The notes: generated from the sequence alone by a model not told the origin. Counted from the stretch's first letter, positions 39,801 through 49,109 are shown. The stretch: DNA of 64,000 nt from a virus (IMGVR_UViG_2767802067_000002:1-64000), one strand, 5' to 3'. Numbers and translations are program-made.

Positions 39801-40775
39801 CGCGAGGGTCAGGTGCAGCTCGCCGACGTCCTCGCCGCCGGGGAACGCCAGGCGTTCGGCGTCGGCCGCGGTGGGCATCAGGGCGATCATCGCGCCGCTC
39901 AGGTGGCTGCCGTCGGCGGCAGCGGTCACGTCCGGGTCCACATCGGTTTCCCTTCGATCTGAAAACGCCGCCCGAGGGGGCTCCTGAACTTCGAAGGCGG
40001 CCGTGCGGGGCTGCGGTGCCAAAGCAATCCGGCACCGGCAGTTGATCGTGAGGTCGGGCGGGGCGGTCGGGTCGCCGGGGACGGCCATGCTGACGCCGCC
40101 GACGGTGAACGGCTCGCCGAGCAGCTGGATCTGACCGTCCGTCTCCTGGTGGGCGTCGCGCACGCGCTCGTCGTGGCGGGTGATCCACTGCTTGACGAGG
40201 GGCCGGTCCGGGCCGGTCAGGTCCCGGCCGGCTGCCTCCGTCGCGGTGTTCCAGGCCCGGGTGGCCTCGGTGCGGGCGATCCGCTCTTCGCGGGCGTCGC
40301 CGAGCTGCGCCCCCTCGCGGGCGAAGGTCTCCCGCAGGCGGGCGCGCAGCTGGTCGACGTCCTCACCGGCGGCGACGCCTTCGGCCAGGTCCCGGGCGGC
40401 AGCGGCGGCCAGGCGGTCGCCGACCGAGTTCAGCAGCCGCTCGGTGACGGTGACGTAGTCGCCCAGCGAGCGGGGCAGGGCCCGGCCGTCGTCGTACCGG
40501 CCGGGCAGGTCGTCCCAGCCAGCGGGTAGCTCGGCGTCGACCGAGTCGGCGGCGTCGTTCGCGGCGGTCTCCGCGGTGCCGAGGAGGCGCCGCATGATGC
40601 CGCCGACCCTGCTGCGCCACATCCGGGCGATCCGCGAGACCGAGAAGCGGGCGGCGACGATCTCCGTCGCGTTCCGCAGCTCGGCGGCGAACTCGTCGGC
40701 GACCTCGGCGAGCGCCTGGGCGACGGCGTCGGCGATCTGCTGCTCGGCCTGGTCCAGTTCGCGGTCACTGGCCAC
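36891..40775 (-). CDS. MuF-like minor head, 2H phosphoesterase, maturation-protease-like and wHTH fusion
   Basis: IARTE...KQW...RVRDAH...PGDP...INCRC (MuF); HLTL and HVC (2H); TGDGR, GVSVDLD, GATLV..PAY (protease-like); LVRLARGVY (wHTH). Confidence 0.85.
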   Translation of the reverse strand: MASDRELDQAEQQIADAVAQALAEVADEFAAELRNATEIVAARFSVSRIARMWRSRVGGIMRRLLGTAETAANDAADSVDAELPAGWDDLPGRYDDGRALPRSLGDYVTVTERLLNSVGDRLAAAAARDLAEGVAAGEDVDQLRARLRETFAREGAQLGDAREERIARTEATRAWNTATEAAGRDLTGPDRPLVKQWITRHDERVRDAHQETDGQIQLLGEPFTVGGVSMAVPGDPTAPPDLTINCRCRIALAPQPRTAAFEVQEPPRAAFSDRRETDVDPDVTAAADGSHLSGAMIALMPTAADAERLAFPGGEDVGELHLTLAFLGEGADWTPEQRNELIAEVRAFAKTVGGTIAGRAFGVNHWNPGSASPSWVWAVGDDRDRPAGAPVLEDAHDAALMALEGTHDHPELPVQHSPWAPHVCGIYSPEGWPLQEMTDRLGPVTFDRLRVAFAGEYADIPLGTTEEETPMEPADATAAGIETRGWSTPDDTALAFENEQTGDGRVFAKGSLYWSDGPWPLQYAEQMLGGHEGAELIGSIQELNRTGDRIGGSGVLYPARPAAADAVLLLDEGAPLGVSVDLDDAEVEFVDRTYNPADQVAEEDDGWYGLAASARLAHASFLRLDDGSWAITATAAGDWTASGVTMSRTQHQVQLITGPDGRISGDALRAAFGGTGVLTRPTGEPITASDVELMQIPLQEERARTAAAGDPDTDEGLVIHSEKSGDFLIRVTRARLRGATLVAMPAYNRARIVLDPVGELAASAVGDLALPVHDDPEARWDGPGAQKRILAYATGDDGAVDPKKLAAGFLWRDDEADPATASAYKLPFADVFDGELHIVPAGVYAVASVLQGGMGGVDLPEKDSDAVKANVEKLYARIAEEVDGAPDAPPWVEEETASATAAADDSGVHDQVVVFVCSSPVPVGASDVAKALGLLVSTVRNHLAQAVESGRLVRLARGVYVGPSSHPEGPVTASADISDEDLVASAWTALQGLPPMPAAWFVEPTVEELPPGSGGVHYANGRIYGWVAQAGEPHAGIPGKKVTIESLGEIDLSHFLRKKFPLDDGGSVKAGALTMNVGHHRDGAECETASCQFDDTRTVAGIVTVGMNERGMWFSGAAGPWLSDWDRLVFAACQPSYHLRQKRRGGQWELRAVLSVPVPGHSSPLLASAVAERSNLALAASAVLADTADTVSGHVPDIPADVSAIAEDIHPDLGGHRPDTVSGHGADTYVSVSVEDVAEVVAAAMSDPGFVDRLAEAMEQRQAARAEVAELAAALAPIRQKTTAGMSGTTENGV
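37037..37222. repeat. Second cluster of about 13 TGTCCG/CGGACA boxes
   Basis: Read directly; same boxes as 11234-11436. Confidence 0.9.
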
Positions 40776-40980
40776 GGGGGACCTCCATCGTGGGGTGCGG
40801 GGTCGCGCCGCAGTTCAGGCACACCGCGAACCCTCCGGCGGGCTTCTTCTCGTCTCCCAGGCTGACGTCGACGGTGACGAGGTCCAGCGAGTCCGTCTCG
40901 CACGCCGCGCACAGCTGGCCGGTGTGGTGCCGCCACTCCAAGCCGACTTCGAGGGCCGGCTCCTCGGGCTCACTCGCCAA
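40765..40980 (-). CDS. Small C4 zinc-ribbon protein
   Basis: CAAC...CLNC; overlapping start and stop. Confidence 0.6.
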   Translation of the reverse strand: MASEPEEPALEVGLEWRHHTGQLCAACETDSLDLVTVDVSLGDEKKPAGGFAVCLNCGATPHPTMEVPRGQ

Positions 40981-41185
40981 CGGGGGCCTCCAGGACAGCT
41001 TCGGGGCAGGGCTCCGGGATCGGGCCGATGTACATCGCAGACGGGACGAGGGTCTGCGTGCCGAGGCCGGTGTGGATGGTCAGCGAGTGGAGGCCGGGGA
41101 CCCGCTGGAGGACGGTGGCTTCCAGGCCGCCGCAGTGCGGGCACAGCCCAACGCGGTGCAGCTGCTCGGGCGGGCGGTCAGGCAC
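40970..41185 (-). CDS. Small CxxC protein
   Basis: CPHC; RBS; coupled to neighbours. Confidence 0.5.
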   Translation of the reverse strand: MPDRPPEQLHRVGLCPHCGGLEATVLQRVPGLHSLTIHTGLGTQTLVPSAMYIGPIPEPCPEAVLEAPVGE

Positions 41186-41390
41186 GGTCGGTCCTCCTCG
41201 GGCGGGGCGGGTGGTCTAGGTCGTCGCAGACCTCGCACCACTGGACGACGTCGAGGACCGACACCCCGTCGGGCGCGAGGAGCAGCAGCTCGGCGGCCAG
41301 CAGGGTGAAGGCCCGGCAGCCGGAACACCACAGCTCCCACGGCGTTCCGGTGGTGACCACGGCGGCCATGGCCTGGCGGCGGGCGCTCAC
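41178..41390 (-). CDS. Small C4 zinc-ribbon protein
   Basis: CSGC...CEVC; GTGA overlap with portal stop. Confidence 0.55.
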   Translation of the reverse strand: MSARRQAMAAVVTTGTPWELWCSGCRAFTLLAAELLLLAPDGVSVLDVVQWCEVCDDLDHPPRPRRTDRA

Positions 41391-43204
41391 GCGGCCACCG
41401 CCAGGGGTGCGCACGTGGCGATCGCGGCCGGGACGACGTCGTAGCTGTGGGCGACGCCGGCGGCGATCAGCTCGCGGCAGTAGTCGTCCAGGCTCGCGGT
41501 CAGGCACTCCGGGTCGACGCCGTACCGGTTGGCGATCTCGGGGACGCGCACCCACGCCCCGGCGAGGAGCCGCCACTGGTCGATCTGGTCGGCGTCGACG
41601 GCCAGCAGCGCGTGAAGGGCCGCCGGGGTCGTCTCGCGGGCCTGGGCGCGTTCGGAGCGGGGGCAGGCCGGGGTGCGGAGCAGCTTCTCGCCGGCGGCCG
41701 ACAGTGCGCCCCAGATCAGGCCGTCGGCGGCGGCGAGGAGCCCGGCGAGGTCGATGTCCGCCGCGGTGGTCGCGGCGGAGGCGGGCAGGGTGTCCGGCTC
41801 GGCGGTGGTTTCGTCGACGGGCAGCGGCCCGGATGCCTTCTCCTGCACCTGGTCCTGCGGCTGGTCCTGCGGCTGCTTGGACCGGGCCGCGATCTCGTCG
41901 GCGTTGGGGGCGTCGTCCTCGTCGAAGCCGGTCTCGCGGCGCAGCGCCGCCGCCGAGATCGCGCCGAGCTCGAACAGCTTCAACGCGGTCTCAGACCGGT
42001 TGGTGCGCACCCGCAGCGGGCTGGAGTCGTACCAGACCAGGCAGCGCCCGGCGTCCTCGACGCCGTCGGCTTCCAGGAGCGGGCGCAGCCACTGCGTGGT
42101 GAACGCGCGGCAGACCGTCTTGGCCTTCGGCTCCACTCCCAGGCGGATCGCCTCGGAGGTCAGAGCCCACTGGCCCCAGTGGTTGACGTCGCCGAGCCCC
42201 AAGACCACCTCGGCGGGGATCTCCAGGCCGGTGGCGAAGCGGCGGATCTCCTCGTCGCGCAGCTTGATCGCGAGTTCGTCGAAGTCGCTGTCGAAGCGGA
42301 TCAGCTTGAACTCGGGGATCGTCTCGGCCGGGACCTCCAGCACGATCGGCACCGTGGCGGCGGCGCTCTCCGGGTCCTTGATCGCCGTCTCGGCGATCAC
42401 CATCAGGACTTCGATCAGGTCGTCCTCGGCGGCGGCCTGGCCGGGCGCTGTCGGGAAGCGGGTGCCCTTCGGCACCAGCAGGATGCCGCGGCCGGTGATC
42501 CGGCTGCGCGCGATGGCCTTCACCGCCGCGTTCAGCAGCGCCAGCGATTCGAGCTGGTCGAGGCTGGAGCGGACCGCCGAGTCCGCTTCCAGGTAGACGT
42601 CCGGGCTGGGCTCCCACACGCGGATCGCGGCCGGGATCGAGTCGTCCAGCGGGCCCTCGGGGTCGGCGGGCGGGATCTCCACCGGCTCGCCGTCGATGAT
42701 CGCGGTCAGCTTCCCGGACTGCTGCTGGACCTCCTTGACGGACAGCACCCGCCACAGGTCCGCCGGGTCCTGGACCGAGGCGCTTTCGGGGGCGGGCAGG
42801 ATGATGACCCAGCCCTCGCCGGCGACCGTCAGGTGCGGCCCGAACTTGCCCATCAGCTCGGCCTGGCCGTCGGGCCCGCCCGCGATCTGCGCGACGTACT
42901 GGCTGGCCGGGTGCTCGGGGGGCAGCCGCTCGATCGAGCCGTCGTCGGCCCGGTAGCCCGCATACAGGGTGACGCCGGACATCGCGTTGCCCATCCAGCG
43001 CCCGGCGAACCGCACCTCGGGCACGGTGCGGTAGTAGCTCCAGGCCGCCAGCTGCCACGACTGGTCGACGGGCTTGGCCCGGCTGATCTTCCGGCCGGTG
43101 TAGCGGGCCGCGGCAGCCGTCAGCGACATGGACTCGACGCGGACCGGGACCGGCGCCCGCTTCGGCTCGGCCTTGGGCCTGGGCTTGCGCGTGGGGGCGC
43201 TCAC
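41387..43204 (-). CDS. Portal protein
   Basis: WQLAAWSYY..VPEVRF, HLTVAGEGW, NHWGQW; follows terminase. Confidence 0.85.
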   Translation of the reverse strand: MSAPTRKPRPKAEPKRAPVPVRVESMSLTAAAARYTGRKISRAKPVDQSWQLAAWSYYRTVPEVRFAGRWMGNAMSGVTLYAGYRADDGSIERLPPEHPASQYVAQIAGGPDGQAELMGKFGPHLTVAGEGWVIILPAPESASVQDPADLWRVLSVKEVQQQSGKLTAIIDGEPVEIPPADPEGPLDDSIPAAIRVWEPSPDVYLEADSAVRSSLDQLESLALLNAAVKAIARSRITGRGILLVPKGTRFPTAPGQAAAEDDLIEVLMVIAETAIKDPESAAATVPIVLEVPAETIPEFKLIRFDSDFDELAIKLRDEEIRRFATGLEIPAEVVLGLGDVNHWGQWALTSEAIRLGVEPKAKTVCRAFTTQWLRPLLEADGVEDAGRCLVWYDSSPLRVRTNRSETALKLFELGAISAAALRRETGFDEDDAPNADEIAARSKQPQDQPQDQVQEKASGPLPVDETTAEPDTLPASAATTAADIDLAGLLAAADGLIWGALSAAGEKLLRTPACPRSERAQARETTPAALHALLAVDADQIDQWRLLAGAWVRVPEIANRYGVDPECLTASLDDYCRELIAAGVAHSYDVVPAAIATCAPLAVAA

Positions 43205-43536
43205 TGGTCGTTCCGGGTGTCGTCCCAGCGATTGATGACCACCCCGGCGCCGGCGACGGCCAGCCACTCGATGCCGTGGACGAGAACGGGGGCCTGCGCC
43301 CACTGGCCGGAGGCGAGCAGGTAGGTGGCGAGCAGGAAGCCGGCCACCCACCATCCGGTGCAGTAGACGCAGGAGATCAGGGTGAGCAGCAGGTCCCGGA
43401 CGTTCGACTCGGGCTTCTTCACGCGCCAGTCGATGACCTGGTCCCGGAGCGGGTCGAGGATCGTGTCATGGACGATCAGCTGGGTGCCGCGGTAGCAGGC
43501 GAAACCGAGCACTCCCAGCTCGGCCAGGTTCAGCAT
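43201..43536 (-). CDS. DUF1360-like membrane protein
   Basis: YR.TQLIV.DTI...R, LISCVYCTGWW. Confidence 0.75.
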   Translation of the reverse strand: MLNLAELGVLGFACYRGTQLIVHDTILDPLRDQVIDWRVKKPESNVRDLLLTLISCVYCTGWWVAGFLLATYLLASGQWAQAPVLVHGIEWLAVAGAGVVINRWDDTRNDQ

Positions 43537-43648
43537 GGGGTTCGCCCCTCGGGTCGGGTTCCTCCGAAAACGAGGGGGCATCGTAGGGCAAACAGCGAAA
43601 TCCCGTCAGAAACGAACGATCACGCTGCAATTCGGGCGTGATCGGACG

Positions 43649-43888
43649 TCAGAACAGGGACGTCGGCTCGTCCGGCTCGGGCTCGACACCGGGGATCTCC
43701 AGCTGCGCCCCGGGGCCCGGCATGTCGATGATCTCCAGCGACTCCTTGCAGGACACCAGCACGCCGCCGACCCGGCGCTCGTCCGGGGCGTCGTGCCGCC
43801 ACAGCCGGCCCTTGGACGGTCGTCCGGCGACCGGCCCAACCGCGACGTCCTTGGGGCAACTTGGGCACTTCACCCGGGGCAGCTTCAC
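43649..43888 (-). CDS. Small zinc-binding protein
   Basis: CPSC...H...C; ends PTSLF. Confidence 0.6.
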   Translation of the reverse strand: MKLPRVKCPSCPKDVAVGPVAGRPSKGRLWRHDAPDERRVGGVLVSCKESLEIIDMPGPGAQLEIPGVEPEPDEPTSLF

Positions 43889-44087
43889 ATCCGCAGTGTG
43901 ACCGGCCGGGCGCAGCGAGTACAGCCGCGTCCGGCCGACCGCTATGCTTCCCGCCTCCGGGGACGGCGGTCGGCTTGACGCCAGTGCCCATGGGAAGCGC
44001 CGAGATTGATCCGCACTCGGTGGCCGCCGTCCCCGGTCAGCCGGCCAAGACGCTCCAGGCCCGGGCGGGCCGCCGACCCTAGCGCCG

Positions 44088-44420
44088 TCACCGGGACGCC
44101 GCCGCGGCCTCCTGCCGCTCCTTCCACAGCCGCTCGTACGCCAGGTGGCAGGACCAGTACGTCCAGCCGGTGACGGACAGGTAGGCCGGGAGCATGCCGT
44201 CCGCCTCGTGCCACTCGTGGACGACCTCGCCGTCCGCCGTGCCGTCGTCGAGGACGTACGCCGACTCGAACTGCGCGTTCCCGGCGACAGTCGGCCTGCT
44301 GCCGGTGAGGGCCCAGCGGCGGCGGTACGTCTTGCCGTCCGGCCCGGTCTTCGTCACCGGCCCGGGGATGGGCCCGAAGTACGCCCACGTCGGGTCGGTG
44401 GTCTTGTCGTGTTCGGTCAT
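44088..44420 (-). CDS. Hypothetical protein
   Basis: AAGGAG RBS; protein-like composition. Confidence 0.65.
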   Translation of the reverse strand: MTEHDKTTDPTWAYFGPIPGPVTKTGPDGKTYRRRWALTGSRPTVAGNAQFESAYVLDDGTADGEVVHEWHEADGMLPAYLSVTGWTYWSCHLAYERLWKERQEAAAASR

Positions 44421-44525
44421 GCGGTCAGTCTCCTTCGGCAGGCGGGGCGGCACCCCGGGGTTGAGCCAGGCACCGGGGGGCGCAGCGAGGCGCGGGCCGG
44501 GGCTGGGGTGCGCCCCGGCCGCCCG

Positions 44526-46109
44526 TCACCGGCCGATCCGCCGCCCGTACAGGCCCGCCGCCGGGCTCTGCTGCCCGCTGCCGGTCGGCTGCGGGGCGGT
44601 CGGCAGCGGCGCGTGCACGATCGCGCCCTTGTTGGCCTCCGGGATCAGGCCGTACGCCAGGACGCACGAGGCGTCGATCCGGCCCGGCGAGTCCGGGTCG
44701 GTCGGCATCCACGTCGCCCACTCCTTCTCCAGGTCGGTGAACACCCCACGCAGCCGCACCCGGTCCTGCACCATCAGCTGCGCCACCGGCTCCGCCCTGA
44801 GCAGCTTCCCCTGCTTCGCGCGGACGGGCAGGATCGCCGGCATCAGCTCGGTCTCCGGGATCTCCCCGGCCCGCTGCAACGCCTCCCACGAGTTCGAGAT
44901 CGCCAGGACGGCCATGTCCCGGCCGAAGTTCCACTCCACGTAGATGATCGAGGCGTTCTGCTCGTGGGCGAGCTTGCACGCCGCGGTGGACCACGCGGCC
45001 GACGACATCGGCGCCGACACGTCGTGCGTGATCCACACCCGCTTGTCGTCGCCGAGGAACCCGGCGACGACGCCCGCGGTGTCCCGGCCGCCGCCGGACG
45101 GGTCGATCGACACCGCGATCTTCTGCGGCGTCACCCCGCTGCCGTGGTCGCGGATCAGCCGCAGCAGCTCCCACGACACCAGCGCGCCTTCGGCCGGCTG
45201 CGGGTCGCCCTGCGCGAGCGAGTGCCAGTCCCGGACGATCGACGTCTTCTTCATGTCCGCCCACCAGGCCAGCAGCGCCCGCCGGTCCCTGGTGCGGATC
45301 TTCGGGTGCGGCAGCGGGTCGCCGTCGCGGCGCCCGAGCGGGTCCGGCCCGAACTTGCTCGGATTCGCGATCGCGGGCAGGTGGATGACCTTCCACCGGC
45401 CGCCGTCCTCCAGCCGCCCCTCGTCCTCCAGGCGCCGCCCAGCCCAGTCGTCCGGGTGCCAGCGGGTCTGGATCCCGACGACCGCGTTCCGGTCCGGCTG
45501 CAAGCGCTTGAGGGCCGTGGACGAGTACCAGTCGTGCAGGGCGGTGCGGGACGCCTCGCTCTCCGCGTCGGCGCGATCCTTGTGCGGGTCGTCGATGATC
45601 AGCAGGTTCGCGCTGTGGCCGGTCAGGCCCTTGCCGACCGACACCGAGCGGACGCCGCCGCCGAGAGTCACCGACCAGTCCTGCATCGCCCCGGACCCGG
45701 CCTTCATCCGCAGGTCGTACTCGTCGCCGTACTCCTCGACGTACGACCTGATCGTCTTGCCGCGCTTGAGCGCCAGGTCGTCGCCGTACGACGTCACCAC
45801 GACCGCGTCCGCCGGGTACAGGCACAGCCACCAGAACGGGAACCACTCACCGACCGACGTCGATTTGCCGACCTGGGGCGGCGTGAAGATCATCAACCTG
45901 TCGTATTCACCCCGGGTGACGCCGGCCAGCGCATCGCCGATCAGCCGCAGGTGCGGGCGCATCCGGAACGTCGGGTCGAGGCCGCGTGCCAGGGTGACCG
46001 GGTCGCGCAGCAGGTCCCGGCTCATCGCCCTCTTCGCGGCCTCCAGCCGCTGGAGCACCGTGGCGTCGTCCAGATGCTCCAGCCCGTCGGCGGCGTCCCG
46101 TGTCCTCAC
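44526..46109 (-). CDS. Terminase large subunit
   Basis: PPQVGKS Walker A, LLIIDDP Walker B, TRWH, SIDPS nuclease motif. Confidence 0.95.
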   Translation of the reverse strand: MRTRDAADGLEHLDDATVLQRLEAAKRAMSRDLLRDPVTLARGLDPTFRMRPHLRLIGDALAGVTRGEYDRLMIFTPPQVGKSTSVGEWFPFWWLCLYPADAVVVTSYGDDLALKRGKTIRSYVEEYGDEYDLRMKAGSGAMQDWSVTLGGGVRSVSVGKGLTGHSANLLIIDDPHKDRADAESEASRTALHDWYSSTALKRLQPDRNAVVGIQTRWHPDDWAGRRLEDEGRLEDGGRWKVIHLPAIANPSKFGPDPLGRRDGDPLPHPKIRTRDRRALLAWWADMKKTSIVRDWHSLAQGDPQPAEGALVSWELLRLIRDHGSGVTPQKIAVSIDPSGGGRDTAGVVAGFLGDDKRVWITHDVSAPMSSAAWSTAACKLAHEQNASIIYVEWNFGRDMAVLAISNSWEALQRAGEIPETELMPAILPVRAKQGKLLRAEPVAQLMVQDRVRLRGVFTDLEKEWATWMPTDPDSPGRIDASCVLAYGLIPEANKGAIVHAPLPTAPQPTGSGQQSPAAGLYGRRIGR

Positions 46110-46795
46110 TCGGCGCCCTGGTCCTCGTCGTCGCCGTCCGGCCCGGCCGGGTACGTCTCCTCGTCGTCCTCGTCGGCCTGGCCGCCACCGACGGCCGCGA
46201 CCTGGTCGTCCTCGTCATCGGCGCCGTCGATCGCGGCGAGCCGGCGGTTCACGGACTCGGCGAGATCCGAGAGCTGCTTGCGGCGCTGCTCCTCCGGCAT
46301 CTGCGCGAACGCCGCGAGCTGCGCCGCCAGCGGGTTCCCGCCCTGGCCGCCGGTGATGGCGATGGTCTCCGTCGGATCGCCGAACAGCACCCGGCGCTGG
46401 CGCATGGTCACGTCCAGCAGGCGGATGAAGTCCCCGGGGCTCAGGTCGTCGGCCCGCAGGGTGCCCAGGCGCTGCGCCAGCTTGCCGATCGCTGCGCCCA
46501 AGATCTTCGCGTCCGACTCGGCGGCCTTGCGCCGCTCCTCCAGCCACGTCGCCTCGTAGAGCCGGTCCAGGTGCCGGTCCCACGCCTCGACGCGCTCGCG
46601 CCAGCGGAACTCCGCCGCGACGTTCCTCACGTGCCCGGGCGCGAGTGTCAGCTTCTCCGCAGCCTTCACCAGGGTGCGGGCGCGGCCGAGGTCCCGGTAC
46701 GTGACGAATTGCCCGTGTTTGCGGGCTGACTCTCCGGGCTGACGCTCCCAGGGGTCCAGGGTGGCGGTCAGGGTGATCGGCTGTGCGGTGCTCAT
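46106..46795 (-). CDS. Terminase small subunit-like protein
   Basis: WERQPGES...F..YRDLG..R...W.ER..AWD; directly upstream of terminase large subunit. Confidence 0.7.
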   Translation of the reverse strand: MSTAQPITLTATLDPWERQPGESARKHGQFVTYRDLGRARTLVKAAEKLTLAPGHVRNVAAEFRWRERVEAWDRHLDRLYEATWLEERRKAAESDAKILGAAIGKLAQRLGTLRADDLSPGDFIRLLDVTMRQRRVLFGDPTETIAITGGQGGNPLAAQLAAFAQMPEEQRRKQLSDLAESVNRRLAAIDGADDEDDQVAAVGGGQADEDDEETYPAGPDGDDEDQGAE

Positions 46796-47754
46796 GGCTG
46801 GGCGTCACCCTGCGGGGCGGGGGCGTCGGGCTGGGCGGGCACCGTGCTGGGCTCCCAGTTGCTGCCGGACAGGTACTCGCCGGCCAGGCGCTCCAGCAGC
46901 AGGTAGCCCTTGCCCTGCGGGATCTCGCCGCGTCCCTCCGCTGCGGCGATCGCCTTGTTCAGCGTGACGGCGGCGGTGGCGGGGAGGTGGCGGGCTCCGA
47001 TGACGGTCTCCAGGCCGACCTGCCCGTTGTGCAGCGCTTCCCAGGCGGGGGTCTGGTAGCCGGCCTGCAAGTCGGTGAGGTGCTGCTCGACGATCGCGAG
47101 GATGGCGTGGAGCGCGGTCGCGACGTTGCCCACCTTGTGGGCGGCGTGCGTGGAGGCGAGCGTGTCGAGGGTCTGGGCGTAGTCGGCCCGGGCGGCGAGC
47201 CAGGAGACGTTCTGGCTGAGGCGGGCGAGGTCGAAGGCTTCGCGGGCCGCTTCGAGCTCGGACGGCAGGAACACGAGGCTCACGGTGGCGAAGTCGAGGT
47301 TCGCCTCCGACAGGCCCTCGGGGGAGACTTCGGCGAGGAGCTGGAGCACGTCGTCGTCCAGGCCGGAGTAGGCCCGCCAGTCGACGTCCTCGATGGCGTC
47401 GTACAGCTGCTTGAGGGTCGCCGGGTCGTCCTTGCCGGTGATGGCGTTGTGGGAGAGCTGGCGGGCGATCAGCTCGTCCTTGTGCTGCGGGTCGGAGATC
47501 AGCATGACGTCGATCTCTTCGAGGCCGGCGGCCACCGAGGCGTCGCAGCGGTGGTTGCCGGACAGGACGAGCTCGCGGCCTTCCTCGTACTCGCCGGCGC
47601 CGCCGTAGATCAGGGGGACGCTGGTCAGGCAGCCGTCGGCCTTGACGTTGGCCACCAGCCGGTCGAACTCCTCCTTCGTCTGGTAGTGCGCGTTCACCTG
47701 GAGGCGGGTGAGGAGCCGCGGGTCGCGGCGGACCAGGCGGGGCTTGATCGTCAT
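46792..47754 (-). CDS. ParB-like N-terminal domain protein
   Basis: NAH...F..LV.N...DG, LSGNHR, QLSHNAI.G.DD. Confidence 0.8.
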   Translation of the reverse strand: MTIKPRLVRRDPRLLTRLQVNAHYQTKEEFDRLVANVKADGCLTSVPLIYGGAGEYEEGRELVLSGNHRCDASVAAGLEEIDVMLISDPQHKDELIARQLSHNAITGKDDPATLKQLYDAIEDVDWRAYSGLDDDVLQLLAEVSPEGLSEANLDFATVSLVFLPSELEAAREAFDLARLSQNVSWLAARADYAQTLDTLASTHAAHKVGNVATALHAILAIVEQHLTDLQAGYQTPAWEALHNGQVGLETVIGARHLPATAAVTLNKAIAAAEGRGEIPQGKGYLLLERLAGEYLSGSNWEPSTVPAQPDAPAPQGDAQP

Positions 47755-49109
47755 CGGTTGAGGTCCTTTCCGTGCTTGCGCTTCCACAGGTCGAGGGCGC
47801 CGTCGAGGTCGTAGGTGCCGAGGGGGCCGCCGTACTGCAGCTGGTAGGCGTGGATGCCGTCGCCGGGGTCCTTCGCGCTGGCCTGGGTGCGCTTCTGGAG
47901 CTTCACGCCGGGGATGCCGCGGCCGTACTTCGCCGAGTTGGGCCGGTCGGTGAACGCCGTGGTGGACCAGGCGTCGATCCGCTTGGACAGGGACCGCTGA
48001 ACGAGGAGCTGCGCCTCCTTTGTGGAGGCGGCCATGACGATCAGCTTGGCCAGGCGCCGGTACCGCGACCACGACACCGGGAAGTCGGACATCAGGTAGG
48101 CGCAGTTCGGGTCGAACTTCGGCGGCAGGTAGGCGAACGCGCCGATCAGCTTGCCGTCGACGGAGACGCCGCAGGCGAGCAGCGGGCTGCCGGGCAGGAT
48201 GCTCTTGGACATGAACTGCGAGCGGATCGCGGCGAACTGGCCGCCGGTCAGGACGTGCAGGGCCATCCGCTCGCCCAGTTCCTCGTCCTGGCCGATCTTC
48301 GGCATCTTGATCGTCTCGATGGGCTGGTGGGGCCGGACGATCCGGCGGGGTCCGGAGGCGGCGTACACGTAGATCGGCAGGCCGCGGTTGGCGGTCTGGA
48401 CGACGCCGGCGAGCTGCGGGCGCAGCTCCGGGCGTTCGATGTGCAGGCCGAGGACCCAGTGCGGCCGGTCCTGGACCTGCTCGATGATCCGCTCCTTGCC
48501 TTCCTCGGTGAGGTCGCCGAACGTCGGCTCGGGCCAGGCGAACGCGGCGTCGATCGGGGCGAACTGGGCCTGGTAGTCGCCCGAGTAGAACGGCGGGAAC
48601 ATCACCACCGGCGCCTCGGGCGGCACCTCCTGGTCGAGGTAGTCGCGGACGTCGCCGGCGAAGAACCCGCCGAGCTTCGTCTGCAAGCCCTTGAGCTTGG
48701 TGGCGGTCTTCTCGTGCATCCGGGGCCACTGGTCCTGCGTCGCGGCCATCATCCGCCGGTAGTAGGCGCCCTCCTTGCCGACGAACTGGAGGAAGCGGGT
48801 GCCGAGCATCAGCGTCGCCATCAGGTCGGTGCGGTCATCCAGGTACGGGTGGAGCCAGCCCAGCTCGTCCTCGTACTCGGGGCGCAGCGTGAACTCCAGC
48901 GGCTGCCCGGCGAGGAACCAGCCGAGGGAGCACGAGTACGCCTGGATGTCGTTGCCGTGGACGCGGCGGGCGTCGCCGAAGCGGGAGTGGAGCACCCGCT
49001 CGATCGTGAAGTTGCCGGAGCAGCCGACGTAGATGTCCTCCCCGGGCCACTCGCCGGCGTGCTCGTAGATGATCGAGCGGAGCGGGGCGGGGATCGAGCC
49101 ACGGAACAC
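47751..49109 (-). CDS. Adenine-methyltransferase-like protein with an additional C-terminal domain
   Basis: YVGCSGNFT, HGNDI, FPPFY (variant of DPPY); AGGAGG RBS. Confidence 0.65.
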   Translation of the reverse strand: MFRGSIPAPLRSIIYEHAGEWPGEDIYVGCSGNFTIERVLHSRFGDARRVHGNDIQAYSCSLGWFLAGQPLEFTLRPEYEDELGWLHPYLDDRTDLMATLMLGTRFLQFVGKEGAYYRRMMAATQDQWPRMHEKTATKLKGLQTKLGGFFAGDVRDYLDQEVPPEAPVVMFPPFYSGDYQAQFAPIDAAFAWPEPTFGDLTEEGKERIIEQVQDRPHWVLGLHIERPELRPQLAGVVQTANRGLPIYVYAASGPRRIVRPHQPIETIKMPKIGQDEELGERMALHVLTGGQFAAIRSQFMSKSILPGSPLLACGVSVDGKLIGAFAYLPPKFDPNCAYLMSDFPVSWSRYRRLAKLIVMAASTKEAQLLVQRSLSKRIDAWSTTAFTDRPNSAKYGRGIPGVKLQKRTQASAKDPGDGIHAYQLQYGGPLGTYDLDGALDLWKRKHGKDLNR

